Positions 9,616 to 19,316 of a stretch of DNA of 64,000 bases are shown in pieces. Within the stretch, counting starts at the first letter, position 1. The number at the start of each line of letters is the position of its first letter. The notes below the pieces were generated by a model that made no database searches, was not told the origin of the DNA, and worked only from the letters and a program-made list of their open reading frames with translations. Origin of the DNA: an uncultured archaeon (GTDB lineage: Archaea > Aenigmatarchaeota > Aenigmatarchaeia > PWEA01 > JAGHBM01). The translations under genes and the position numbers were made by a program. Location of the stretch: contig CAZOZN010000001.1 in NCBI GenBank assembly GCA_964584335.1, positions 147,882 through 211,881 on the forward strand, in the 5' to 3' direction.

Positions 9616-10263
9616 TATTCCTATTGATGATAACAAAATTAAAACAAAACCGACCGAGAAAGGCATAAGTATATTATCGTTTATTTTTACAGGCCATAAT
9701 TCCATTAACATTCCGACACCAGATGCTATTACAGATATTAAAGGGTTGGTAAAAAATAGGCATATGATAAAGCATGAAAAAAATCCACCCAAGGTCCCCT
9801 CGTAACTTTTTTTTGGATTTAGCCTTGTTTTGTTCTTTCCAAAGTGAACTCCTATGAGTGTGGAGAAAGAATCACCCACAGACAACACTATAATAGATAT
9901 TACTGCGATTTTTTCTGGGAAAATCAGTAAACATAAACCTATAGAAAGAAAGAACAAGACGGCTCCCATGTACCTTAATTTTGTGTTCTCTCTCTCCGCA
10001 GAATCAACCAATTCATGAAAAGAGTCTTCAATTTTTTCAATTTCTTTTACTCTTACGGGCATTTTTTTTCTTAAATCATTTTTAGTTTTTACATAAATTG
10101 ATAGAAGAAAAACATAAAGAGAAATAAACAATGCTATCAACCCGGTTATTTCTTTTCCCATTAGATATATGAAAAATATGGTTCCGATGCCTGAAAGGTG
10201 TGCGAGTTGCCTTTTTATCTCTTTCTTATTCAATTCCGTCTTAATCACCGAACACTTTAACAA
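9607..10263 (-). CDS. Dolichol/phytol kinase-like polyprenol kinase (CTP_transf_1 family)
   Basis: KRQLAHL, GDSFSTLIG, KKSYEG, NDNI motifs; start uncertain. Confidence 0.85.
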   Translation of the reverse strand: MLKCSVIKTELNKKEIKRQLAHLSGIGTIFFIYLMGKEITGLIALFISLYVFLLSIYVKTKNDLRKKMPVRVKEIEKIEDSFHELVDSAERENTKLRYMGAVLFFLSIGLCLLIFPEKIAVISIIVLSVGDSFSTLIGVHFGKNKTRLNPKKSYEGTLGGFFSCFIICLFFTNPLISVIASGVGMLMELWPVKINDNILMPFSVGFVLILLSSIGILI

Positions 10264-10630
10264 GTATCCTTCTTTGCCTGGACTTTACGTCAAATTCCCA
10301 GAACATTATGCTTTGCCATGTACCCAGCTCTAAGTTACCGTTCTCTATTCCTATTGTTTTTCCAGGACCTATTATAGTCGATTTAAGATGTGAATGTGCA
10401 TTTGATGGATGTCTGTGCCTTCCTGAAGTAAGCTTTTCCATCATTTCTCTTAAATCTTCTAAAAGCCTTTCTTCGTTTTCATTTACGAGTATTGAACCAG
10501 TCGAACCTTCATTAAAGATTAAGCAAAGACCTTCTTTTACTTTGCTTTTTTTAACTATTTTTTCTACTTCTTTCGTTATATCTATTATATCGTCCGTTTG
10601 TGTGGAAATTTCAATAAAATCTTTGTACAT
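10241..10630 (-). CDS. YjbQ / UPF0047 family protein
   Basis: NAHSHLKS and LGTWQSIMFWEFD motifs. Confidence 0.9.
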   Translation of the reverse strand: MYKDFIEISTQTDDIIDITKEVEKIVKKSKVKEGLCLIFNEGSTGSILVNENEERLLEDLREMMEKLTSGRHRHPSNAHSHLKSTIIGPGKTIGIENGNLELGTWQSIMFWEFDVKSRQRRILVKVFGD

Positions 10631-10750
10631 TTAAACACTCCAGATAATTTATTATCTTGTTTTTATTTATTTTTTGTTTTTTTATGGTTTTGAAAACAAT
10701 TAGAAAACTATTTAAATACCCAATCATATTTCTTAAAAAGTGGGGGTAAA

Positions 10751-11299
10751 ATGGTTAAAGACATAAAAATTGAAAATGTTGTGGCTTCTGCGACTTTAAA
10801 CTGCAGTTTGCCCTTGGACAAAATAGTGGCCAGGATTCCTGGAACAGAATACGAGCCAGAACAATTCCCGGGACTTGTCTACAGGATAAAAGAACCCAGA
10901 GCAGCTTCTTTGATATTCAGTTCCGGTAAGATAGTCTGTACTGGTGCTAGAAGTCCTAAGCTGGCCAGGGAAGCCGTAGGCATAATAATAAACAACATGA
11001 AAAAAGCAAAAATAAAGATAAAAGGCAAACCAAAAATAAGAATAGAAAATATAGTCGCAAGCGCAAAGCTTGATTCAGTTCTAAAGTTAAATGAGATAGC
11101 TTTCACACTCCCAAACACAGAATACGAGCCCGAACAATTTCCGGGACTTGTCTACAGGATAAAAGAACCAAAGGTCGCTTTCCTTCTTTTCGGTTCAGGA
11201 AAAATTGTGTGCACAGGCGGGAGAAGCGTAAATAATGTTGAGAAAGCTATAAAAAATCTGGAAGCTGAACTAAGAAGTATCGGGGCCATTACTTCTTAG
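10751..11299 (+). CDS. tbp: TATA-box binding protein
   Basis: Two repeats of IENxVASA...EYEPEQFPGLVYRI...SGKIVCTG. Confidence 0.98.
   Translation: MVKDIKIENVVASATLNCSLPLDKIVARIPGTEYEPEQFPGLVYRIKEPRAASLIFSSGKIVCTGARSPKLAREAVGIIINNMKKAKIKIKGKPKIRIENIVASAKLDSVLKLNEIAFTLPNTEYEPEQFPGLVYRIKEPKVAFLLFGSGKIVCTGGRSVNNVEKAIKNLEAELRSIGAITS
10844..11169 (+). repeat. 53-bp direct repeat pair inside tbp (10844-10896 and 11117-11169)
   Basis: 51/53 identical by manual comparison, offset 273 bp. Confidence 0.85.
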
Positions 11300-11336
11300 A
11301 TTTTTTTATTTATATAAAAAAAGCCATTTTTTAACA

Positions 11337-13586
11337 GTGTTCAACTTGCAGTTTGATTCAAAAGGTATTACACCAATAATTTCTGCAATAACAATAATAT
11401 TGATAGTTATAAGCATGTCTTTTTTGTTTTTACACTGGGGAAGCGATACCAGCGACACCTTCAAGGAAACAACCGAGGAAAGAACCGAAAGCGAAATTAA
11501 AACAGCAAAGACAAGATTTTCAATCATTGATATTTCAGGAAAAGAATTAGCTTTGAAAAACAAAGGAGAAGATATTTTAAATACCAGTGAATTTGCTTTT
11601 TACTTGAATGATACAAGTTTTAGTTCTGACCCTATTACTCCAAGTTCTATATCTCCCGGCGAGGTAATAGTTGTTAGAATATCTTCCGCTCCGGAGAACC
11701 TTTCTGAATATAATTTGAGGGTTTCCGGACCTCACGGAAAATATGACGAAATATCTCTGTATTCATCCTCGACCACATCAACATCCACTTCAATAGTCAC
11801 GACAATATCTACCACATCAACAACCACTTCAATATCAACAACAGTTTCCACGACCTCAACCACTTCAATATCAACCACAACTTCAGTATCAACAACCACG
11901 ACCTCAACCACAACTTCAGTATCAACAACAATATCAACCACCTCAACTACGGTCGTCACAACTTCCACGGTCACTACCTGCGACCAGGCATGTGCACTAC
12001 AATCAGATTGTTATTCTGGCAGTTGTTTGCCTCTTGCTGCGCCATCATGTTCAAGTACGGGAGGTTGTTCCTCTGGTGATTGTGGACTACCCGCAGGATA
12101 CGATTGTGGTACTCTGAGATGTATATGCCATCCGTCCACAACAACATCTACTTCAACAACTGTGCCTACAACAGCTTCAACAACTTCAACATCAACTTCC
12201 ACAACAACTTCAATAGCTACTTGTCCTATATCTTCTTCAACTTGCACATCCCCCGACGGTTCATTAATTTGTTCATCAACGGGCTCTTCAGTGAGCGGTT
12301 GTCTCAACGAATATGACTGGAAATATTATTCTATAACCGGTTCCGGGGGTTGTAATGTCAGAGTTCTTCTTACTAACTCCGGCTCCGGATGCAATGCAAA
12401 CGACTTGTGGATATTTGACTCTTCCTGTACCAGTATTTATGCTTCAAACACAGACCAGTGGACAGTTGGATGGTCCGGAACCCCGTCTTCAGACATAATT
12501 GTTGCTATTGACGGAGATTCCTCAAACACAGACTGCCAGTGGACTATTGACACAAGATGCGACTGTGCATCTACAACATCCACTTCAATCCCAACCACTT
12601 CCACATCAACTACAACTCCAACCACAGCATCAACAGCCACCACAACATCAACCTCAATCCCAACCACTTCCACATCAACAACAACTCCAACCACGGCATC
12701 AACAGCCACCACAACCTCAACATCCACTTCAACGACAATAGTATCGACTCTTACCCTAACACCAAGTTCCGGATACCCGAGCTATACAGTTAATGCGGAT
12801 GCAAATCCCGACTCATCAAATATTTGCGATTGGAATGGATGCTCCGGTTCCAGCTGCACAGGAATTCTTATAAGAGTTGGAGACGGTACTTTCTCCGCAC
12901 CTTCAGCAGCAGGAACATATGGTTATTATGCATGCCCAGGCAACGGTTTCGATTCTATAACAGTTGTTTCATCTACTTCCACTTCAACTTCCACGTCAAC
13001 CTCAATCCCACCGACAACATCAACATCAACTTCCACATCAACCTCAATCCCAACCACTTCCACGTCAACTTCCACGTCAACCTCAATCCCACCGACAACA
13101 TCAACATCCACAACCGTTTCATCAACATCAACTTCCACATCAACCTCAATCCCGCCGACAACCTCAACCTCAACCTCAACCTCAACTACGGTAGGAGAAA
13201 CTTGTGAAGAATATTGTGCAAATCAGGGATACTGGGATGATATTCCCGGTTGCTGTGACTCAGATTGCCAGACCGGCGGCATGTGTCCTGATATTTACGG
13301 AACTCCTTATTGTTGTTGGGGCGTGGATACTAGCTATCATGCCAGTGATTGTATCGGTAGCGAAACGTGCTGGTGCACTGAGCGTCAGTTTTGTGAGGAC
13401 CCCGCATGGTGTTCTGATTGTGGCATTAGATTTTGCGGTTCGTATGATAACTGCTATGATTGTTTGGATAATTGTTGTGAATGGTGTGGCGGTTCCGCAA
13501 TAACAAAATGTAAATTTATTGACGGATGTTATTGGTCAACTTGCATACCCGCCAGTTCCTGTATATTTGACATAGGAAACTGTTAA
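11337..13586 (+). CDS. Large type IV pilin/archaellin-like surface protein with Thr/Ser-rich linkers and Cys-rich domains
   Basis: Class III signal KG|ITPIISAITIILIV; three Thr/Ser tracts; Cys-dense C-terminus. Confidence 0.8.
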   Translation: MFNLQFDSKGITPIISAITIILIVISMSFLFLHWGSDTSDTFKETTEERTESEIKTAKTRFSIIDISGKELALKNKGEDILNTSEFAFYLNDTSFSSDPITPSSISPGEVIVVRISSAPENLSEYNLRVSGPHGKYDEISLYSSSTTSTSTSIVTTISTTSTTTSISTTVSTTSTTSISTTTSVSTTTTSTTTSVSTTISTTSTTVVTTSTVTTCDQACALQSDCYSGSCLPLAAPSCSSTGGCSSGDCGLPAGYDCGTLRCICHPSTTTSTSTTVPTTASTTSTSTSTTTSIATCPISSSTCTSPDGSLICSSTGSSVSGCLNEYDWKYYSITGSGGCNVRVLLTNSGSGCNANDLWIFDSSCTSIYASNTDQWTVGWSGTPSSDIIVAIDGDSSNTDCQWTIDTRCDCASTTSTSIPTTSTSTTTPTTASTATTTSTSIPTTSTSTTTPTTASTATTTSTSTSTTIVSTLTLTPSSGYPSYTVNADANPDSSNICDWNGCSGSSCTGILIRVGDGTFSAPSAAGTYGYYACPGNGFDSITVVSSTSTSTSTSTSIPPTTSTSTSTSTSIPTTSTSTSTSTSIPPTTSTSTTVSSTSTSTSTSIPPTTSTSTSTSTTVGETCEEYCANQGYWDDIPGCCDSDCQTGGMCPDIYGTPYCCWGVDTSYHASDCIGSETCWCTERQFCEDPAWCSDCGIRFCGSYDNCYDCLDNCCEWCGGSAITKCKFIDGCYWSTCIPASSCIFDIGNC

Positions 13587-13632
13587 AGGCTGCGAAATAA
13601 TATTTTTATATTAAATAAACGTAATTTAAACC

Positions 13633-16600
13633 ATGAATACCCCTTTGGCCGATAATAAAGGCGTCACTCCTATAATATCTTCTATAATAATAATTTTAGC
13701 TGTATTGTCTCTTTCTTTTGCTTATTTACAATGGGGGATGTCTGTTGACGAAGATTTTGAGGACACGACGAGACAGAACACAGAAGATGAGGTAAGAAGA
13801 TCAAGGACCAGTTTTTCTATAGTTACTATGCAGGGAAAGGAATTGGCTTTAAAAAACAAAGGAGAAGTCATGATAAACACAACCGAGTTTGCTTTTTACT
13901 TGAATGATACAAAGTTCACCTCTGACCCGCTTCCTGCTAATTCTATGGGACCCGGAGAAATTTTATTGGTATCAATATCTTCCGCTCCCGATAACTTAAC
14001 CGAGTATAATGTAAAGGTTTCCGGACCTTTTGGAGCTTCAGACCAAATTGAAATAGGTGAAATAATCACGACAACAACCTCGACAACATCAACTTCAACA
14101 TCCACGAGTTCCACGACTTCAACCACCTCAACAACTTCCACGACTTCAACAACATCCACAACTTCATCCACTTCAATTTCAACAACCACGTCCACCACTT
14201 CAATTTCAACAACAACTTCAATTTCAACAACCACGTCCACCACTTCAATTTCAACAACAACTTCAGTATCAACAACCACAACCTCAACAACCACAACAAT
14301 CTCAGGAGGATGTCCGGTTTCTTCATCATCATGTCCTACTCCTGACGGCACCACTACCTGTGGTGCTATTGTAAGCGGCTGCGTTAATCAAACCGATTGG
14401 AAACATTACTCCGTAAGTGGCAGCGGAGGCATGAATGTAATTGTAAGAATGAGTCATTCAGGAACAGGATGTAACATTAATGATTTGTATGTATTTGATG
14501 GTTCTTGTAACATATTAAATTACAGTACCGTAAATGACTGGACTGTTGAGTGGAGCGGATTTGCTCCTTCTGATATAGTGGTTTCTGCAGACGGAGATTC
14601 TACTAACGAGAACTGCACATGGACCTTCAGGACACATTGTTCAGGTACTACTACAACGACCACATCCACCACAACTTCAATACCCGGTTGCCCTATAAGT
14701 TCTTCTATGTGCGGTTCACCGGATGGTTCCATGGCTTGTGGTTCAAGTACCAGCGGTTGTCTTAATGAAACGGATTGGAAATACCATTTAATAACAGGTT
14801 CCGCGGGAAACCAAGTTAACGTTACGGTTACGCATTCAGGAACAGGTTGTAATAGTAATGATATGTACATATTTGACGGTTCATGTAGTATAATTTACGC
14901 TTCTTCAACCAATACTTGGACAGTCGGATGGTCCGGAACGCCGTCTTCAGATATAACTGTTGGTGTTGACGGCGATACCTCGAACGAGAACTGCCAATGG
15001 ACTATTGACACTGTTTGCGGAGCTTCACCCACCACAACATCCACAACCTCAACCACTTCCACTTTAACAACATCACCCACCACCACAACGTCCACAACGT
15101 CCACTTTAACAACATCACCCACCACCACAACGTCCACAACGTCCACTTTAACAACATCACCCACCACCACAACATCCACAACCTCAACCACTTCAACAAC
15201 TTCCACAATTTCCACTACTTCCACATCCACAACTGTTTCAACAACATCCACATCCACCAGTTCAACAACCTCAACCACTTCCACAACATCCACAATTCAG
15301 CAGTGTACTGGTCTTACATTAACTCCACCAGAGGGTCCGAGAGGATATACTGTAACGGCGGATGTGACTCACAGCTCTTGTAATATATGTGATTATCAGG
15401 GATGTTCAGGCTCCGATTGTGTTGGAAATCTTATAAGAACGGGCGATGGAACATTCACAGCACCGACAAGCACGGGAACCAAGGGTTATTATGCTTGTCC
15501 CGGAGGAGCTTATGATACTATAGACGTGGTAGACTGCGGAGTCCACATAACAGCGGACACTACACTTAAATATGACATAACCGGCTGTACAGGCACAGTT
15601 GTTTATATAGATGCTAGCGGAGTGACTCTTGACTGCGACGGCCACAGGCTTCAAACAAGCGGAAGTGGAGGTGTAAACGGAATAAATGTAAATTCAAAGA
15701 GCAATGTTGTAATAGATAATTGTGTAATAGACATGACTTCATCATTAAGTGCTGGTGCAATCTGGCTTGACCATTCAGACGGAGCTACAGTCAGGAATTG
15801 TAATTTGGATGCAGGTCATCAGACTTTAGGTCTTATGTTAAATTCCGAATGTAGGGTTGAGAACAACATAATAAATGCCAGGGATTATCGTGCACTTGAT
15901 GTTTTCTTTTCCGATAATAATGTAATTACTGGAAATACTTTGACTGCTGGTGGACAGTCTGCAATACGCATCAACTCCGGTTCGAACAATCAAATATCCG
16001 GAGGTTCCATATCAGCACCAGATCACGATTATTTGCTTCAGGATGCTGGAGATACAAACACTTTCAGGGATACTGATTTCTCATCTCCAAGAGAGATAAG
16101 GCTGGTGGGAAGCAGTGACCCCCTTAATTCAGTTCATTTTATATACAATGACAGATCTTCAGGCGGTCCATGGCTTGATACATCCATTGACAGGAACAGT
16201 AAAATTTTGACAAGGCAAATAAATTCCTGGTCAAATGATTACATAGAGTGGAGCGAAGATACCACAGGCTCTTCAACCACGGATGTTACTTATGAAGTAT
16301 CGAACATGGATTCTTCCATGTTTAAGTATTCAGTTTATGCCACAAGAAACGGTGACGATGTTTTCCTCTTAAAGCCGAGTAAGGATATAAGTGCTTCCCC
16401 GACAGGAGACGGTGAGATAGAACTTACACTGGACTCAGATGGTTACGAAGTCAGAGTTCAGGATGCATCAATATATGAATCGTCTGAGTATTGTCCCGAA
16501 TGTACTTGGAATGGTGATACGATGAACGGTAAATGGTGTCAGAGCAATATTGGTAGTGGAGGCAGGTGCATAAAAGGAAATGATATCTGTGGAGGGTTAG

Positions 16601-16818
16601 AAACTCAGATAATGGTTGCGGATGATTGTGTACCGGATGGAATAGGTTACTGCCACAACTGTGTCGAGTATTACGGTCTTGAGTTCTGTGACAGGGATAA
16701 CCCTGCAGTTTGGCCTTGCAAGAGCGGTGACTGCAGTGCGTTGAATTGTGTTTCACCCGGAATTAATTGTGTTCCCGACAGCGAACCCGAATGCATTTTG
16801 AGAGACGTTGAACCTTAG
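13633..16818 (+). CDS. Large type IV pilin-like surface protein, paralog of upstream gene, with a right-handed beta-helix region
   Basis: KG|VTPIISSIIIIL; ELALKNKGE shared with paralog; ITADTTL...VTLDCDGH beta-helix (NosD/pectin-lyase-like) signature. Confidence 0.8.
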   Translation: MNTPLADNKGVTPIISSIIIILAVLSLSFAYLQWGMSVDEDFEDTTRQNTEDEVRRSRTSFSIVTMQGKELALKNKGEVMINTTEFAFYLNDTKFTSDPLPANSMGPGEILLVSISSAPDNLTEYNVKVSGPFGASDQIEIGEIITTTTSTTSTSTSTSSTTSTTSTTSTTSTTSTTSSTSISTTTSTTSISTTTSISTTTSTTSISTTTSVSTTTTSTTTTISGGCPVSSSSCPTPDGTTTCGAIVSGCVNQTDWKHYSVSGSGGMNVIVRMSHSGTGCNINDLYVFDGSCNILNYSTVNDWTVEWSGFAPSDIVVSADGDSTNENCTWTFRTHCSGTTTTTTSTTTSIPGCPISSSMCGSPDGSMACGSSTSGCLNETDWKYHLITGSAGNQVNVTVTHSGTGCNSNDMYIFDGSCSIIYASSTNTWTVGWSGTPSSDITVGVDGDTSNENCQWTIDTVCGASPTTTSTTSTTSTLTTSPTTTTSTTSTLTTSPTTTTSTTSTLTTSPTTTTSTTSTTSTTSTISTTSTSTTVSTTSTSTSSTTSTTSTTSTIQQCTGLTLTPPEGPRGYTVTADVTHSSCNICDYQGCSGSDCVGNLIRTGDGTFTAPTSTGTKGYYACPGGAYDTIDVVDCGVHITADTTLKYDITGCTGTVVYIDASGVTLDCDGHRLQTSGSGGVNGINVNSKSNVVIDNCVIDMTSSLSAGAIWLDHSDGATVRNCNLDAGHQTLGLMLNSECRVENNIINARDYRALDVFFSDNNVITGNTLTAGGQSAIRINSGSNNQISGGSISAPDHDYLLQDAGDTNTFRDTDFSSPREIRLVGSSDPLNSVHFIYNDRSSGGPWLDTSIDRNSKILTRQINSWSNDYIEWSEDTTGSSTTDVTYEVSNMDSSMFKYSVYATRNGDDVFLLKPSKDISASPTGDGEIELTLDSDGYEVRVQDASIYESSEYCPECTWNGDTMNGKWCQSNIGSGGRCIKGNDICGGLETQIMVADDCVPDGIGYCHNCVEYYGLEFCDRDNPAVWPCKSGDCSALNCVSPGINCVPDSEPECILRDVEP
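15058..15183 (+). repeat. 42-bp tandem repeat x3 encoding STLTTSPTTTTSTT
   Basis: Unit tccactttaacaacatcacccaccaccacaacgtccacaacg at 15058, 15100 and 15142. Confidence 0.85.
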
Positions 16819-16901
16819 AAAAAGTCTTCACGTGAAAACATTTTTAAATAAGTTTGTTCACCAATAATATTAATTCTGACTTTTTGGTTGGTGTTTGAAT
16901 C

Positions 16902-18929
16902 ATGAGCACAGTGGGGGAAAATATTGCTAGGATTGAAGATTTCTTAAAGAAATTTTATTATAACAAACTTCTGGAGGCCGCTAGAGAAGGCAAAGACACG
17001 ATAACAGTTGACTTCCGTGATTTGGATAAGTTCGACCCGATATTGGCTGATATACTCATAAAGGAGCCCTCTGGTTTTTTTGATTGTTGTTCTTCTGCCG
17101 TTTCAAATATCGATTTGGGAACTGTAGACTTTGGGACAGAAAACAAGATAACTCTTAGATTTGACAATGTTCCTGATTCCGAGAAAATGAGGATAAAAGA
17201 CTTGAGAAGCTGTCATATAGGCAAGCTTGTTAAGATAGACGGAATGGTAAGGAGGGCATCGGAAGTAAAGCCGGAGCTTCAGGTTGCTATTTTTGAGTGC
17301 CCCGATTGCGGCGAAAAGATAGAGGTAATGCAGCTTGAAAAGATGCTTACATATCCAAAGGGCTGTGAGTGCGGAAAGAAGAGGGGCTTCAAGCTTGTTG
17401 ACAGAAGGCTTCATGATACAAGGTATATAGTTCTTGAGGACCCTTTCGAGACTACTGTCGGCGAGAAACCGGGTGAGCTGAGAGTTTTTTTAAAGGACGA
17501 CCTTACCACTCCAAAAAACCAGAGAAAAACTGACCCTGGTGCAAGGCTTGAGATGGTTGGTATAGTCAAGGAACTTCCCAAGAGAGTTAATGGGAGAAAG
17601 ACAAAACAGCTCGATATATTTTTGGAGTGCAACTTCTTCAAGCCAATCGAGCTTGAACTTGAGGAAATACTAATAACAAAGGAGGACGAAGAAAAGATTA
17701 AAGAACTTGCTGCCAGAGAAGATGTTTATGATATTCTTATTAATTCTTTAGCTCCTTCCATGTACGGACTCAGAGAAATAAAGGAATCAATTCTTCTACA
17801 GCTTTTCGGAGGCGTTCCACAGATACTTCCTGACGGTACCAGAATAAGGGGTGACGTGCACATACTTTTGGTGGGAGACCCTGCTGCTGGTAAGACCCAG
17901 TTGCTTAAGCTGGTATCTTCCTTGGTGCCGAGAGGCAGGTATGTTTCAGGCAAGGGCTCTTCCGCGGCGGGTCTAACAGCTACAGTAACCCGTGACGAAG
18001 AATTTATGGGTGGCTGGGTCTTGGAGGCGGGTGCCATAGTTCTTTCAAACAGAAGCACAATTTCAATAGACGAGTTCGATAAAATGAGCAAGGAGGACCA
18101 GATAAACCTTCACGAGGCGATGAGTACTCAGACTGTTTCTATTTCAAAGGCCACGATACAATCAACACTTCCTGCTCAGACATCTGTGATAGCGGGTGCA
18201 AACCCCAAGCTTTCCAGATTCGACCCTTACAGGTCCATATCGGAACAAATCGATATACCGGATACGCTACTTTCCAGGTTTGATTTAAAATTCATACTGC
18301 GTGACGTGCCTAACAGGGAGAGGGATGAAAATCTTGTTGACCATGTTATAAAATCCAGGGTCGCTGAAGACGATATAAAACCTTTAATAGAGAAAGATTT
18401 TTTTAAGAAGTACATAGGTTACGTAAAAAAGAACATAAAACCTACATTAACCAAGGAATCTCTTACAATATGTAAGAACTTCTTTGTTGAGCTTAGAAAC
18501 AAGTACACGGGAGATGAAAGTGGCACGGTACCTCTTACACTAAGACAATTTGAGGCTTTAATAAGGCTTTCAGAGGCATCGGCAAAAATAAGGTTATCCA
18601 GAGAAGTAACGAAGGAAGATGCCAAGAGAGCTATAAAGCTGATGAAAGGAAGCATAAGACAGCTGGGGTTTGACCCGGATACCGGCAAGATAGATATAGA
18701 CCGTGCTGAAGGAGGTGTTAGCTCTTCCAAGAGAAGCAAAATAAGAATAGTGATGGATGCTTTGGACGAGCTGGAGAATACCGTGGGAAAAAACATACCA
18801 ATTTCGGATCTTATAAGTTCCTTAGAAGAGGAAGGTATTGATGAGCACTCTGCAGAATCTATTGTTAGGGAGATGAAAAACAAGGGAATGCTTTTTGAGC
18901 CGAGGTCGGGTTACATACAAAAGATTTAA
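16902..18929 (+). CDS. mcm: MCM replicative helicase
   Basis: Zn finger CPDC..CEC, GDPAAGKTQLL Walker A, IDEFDKM, SRFD arginine finger; no intein. Confidence 0.97.
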   Translation: MSTVGENIARIEDFLKKFYYNKLLEAAREGKDTITVDFRDLDKFDPILADILIKEPSGFFDCCSSAVSNIDLGTVDFGTENKITLRFDNVPDSEKMRIKDLRSCHIGKLVKIDGMVRRASEVKPELQVAIFECPDCGEKIEVMQLEKMLTYPKGCECGKKRGFKLVDRRLHDTRYIVLEDPFETTVGEKPGELRVFLKDDLTTPKNQRKTDPGARLEMVGIVKELPKRVNGRKTKQLDIFLECNFFKPIELELEEILITKEDEEKIKELAAREDVYDILINSLAPSMYGLREIKESILLQLFGGVPQILPDGTRIRGDVHILLVGDPAAGKTQLLKLVSSLVPRGRYVSGKGSSAAGLTATVTRDEEFMGGWVLEAGAIVLSNRSTISIDEFDKMSKEDQINLHEAMSTQTVSISKATIQSTLPAQTSVIAGANPKLSRFDPYRSISEQIDIPDTLLSRFDLKFILRDVPNRERDENLVDHVIKSRVAEDDIKPLIEKDFFKKYIGYVKKNIKPTLTKESLTICKNFFVELRNKYTGDESGTVPLTLRQFEALIRLSEASAKIRLSREVTKEDAKRAIKLMKGSIRQLGFDPDTGKIDIDRAEGGVSSSKRSKIRIVMDALDELENTVGKNIPISDLISSLEEEGIDEHSAESIVREMKNKGMLFEPRSGYIQKI

Positions 18930-18963
18930 ATTATATTACCATAAAATAAGAAAGGGTGATTAA

Positions 18964-19311
18964 ATTAAAAAGAAAAAATTAATAAAAGTTGAAATTGATA
19001 ACGGGGGTTCGTCTTTCTTTTCCGATACTGTTACTGTTTCACATAATCCAGGCAAGTTTGTTTTTGATTTTCAGCAGCTTACCCCAAGATTCAGTAAAGT
19101 AGGTTCTGGAAAACCAGACCATAAAATGTTTCTTTCACATAACACGATAATGATGGACCCTGGCGTCGCCAAGGACCTTTTGAGAATACTCAAGGATAAT
19201 GTCGAAAACTACGAGAAAAAGTTCGGTCAGATAAAGGTAAAAAAGATAAAAAAAGTTAAGCCAGAAGTTGAAGAAAGTGATGATGTGGATTACGCGAGCT
19301 ATATAGGTTGA
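18964..19311 (+). CDS. DUF3467-like protein; ATT start
   Basis: Open frame from ATT 18964 (in-frame TAA at 18961) gives FFSDTVTVSHNPGKFVFDFQQ...IMMDPGVAKDLLRILKDNVENYEKKFGQI; SD GGGTGA 4 nt upstream. Confidence 0.75.
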   Translation: MKKKKLIKVEIDNGGSSFFSDTVTVSHNPGKFVFDFQQLTPRFSKVGSGKPDHKMFLSHNTIMMDPGVAKDLLRILKDNVENYEKKFGQIKVKKIKKVKPEVEESDDVDYASYIG

Positions 19312-19316
19312 TTTGA

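Noticed and set aside
11732-15383. Many overlapping ORFs rich in V/D/E, H/N, Q/P or L/W
   Set aside because: Alternative-frame and antisense shadows of Thr/Ser low-complexity codons in the two pilin-like genes
16827-16836. Palindrome TTCACGTGAA upstream of the mcm promoter
   Set aside because: Single 10-bp occurrence; could arise by chance and I noticed no second copy
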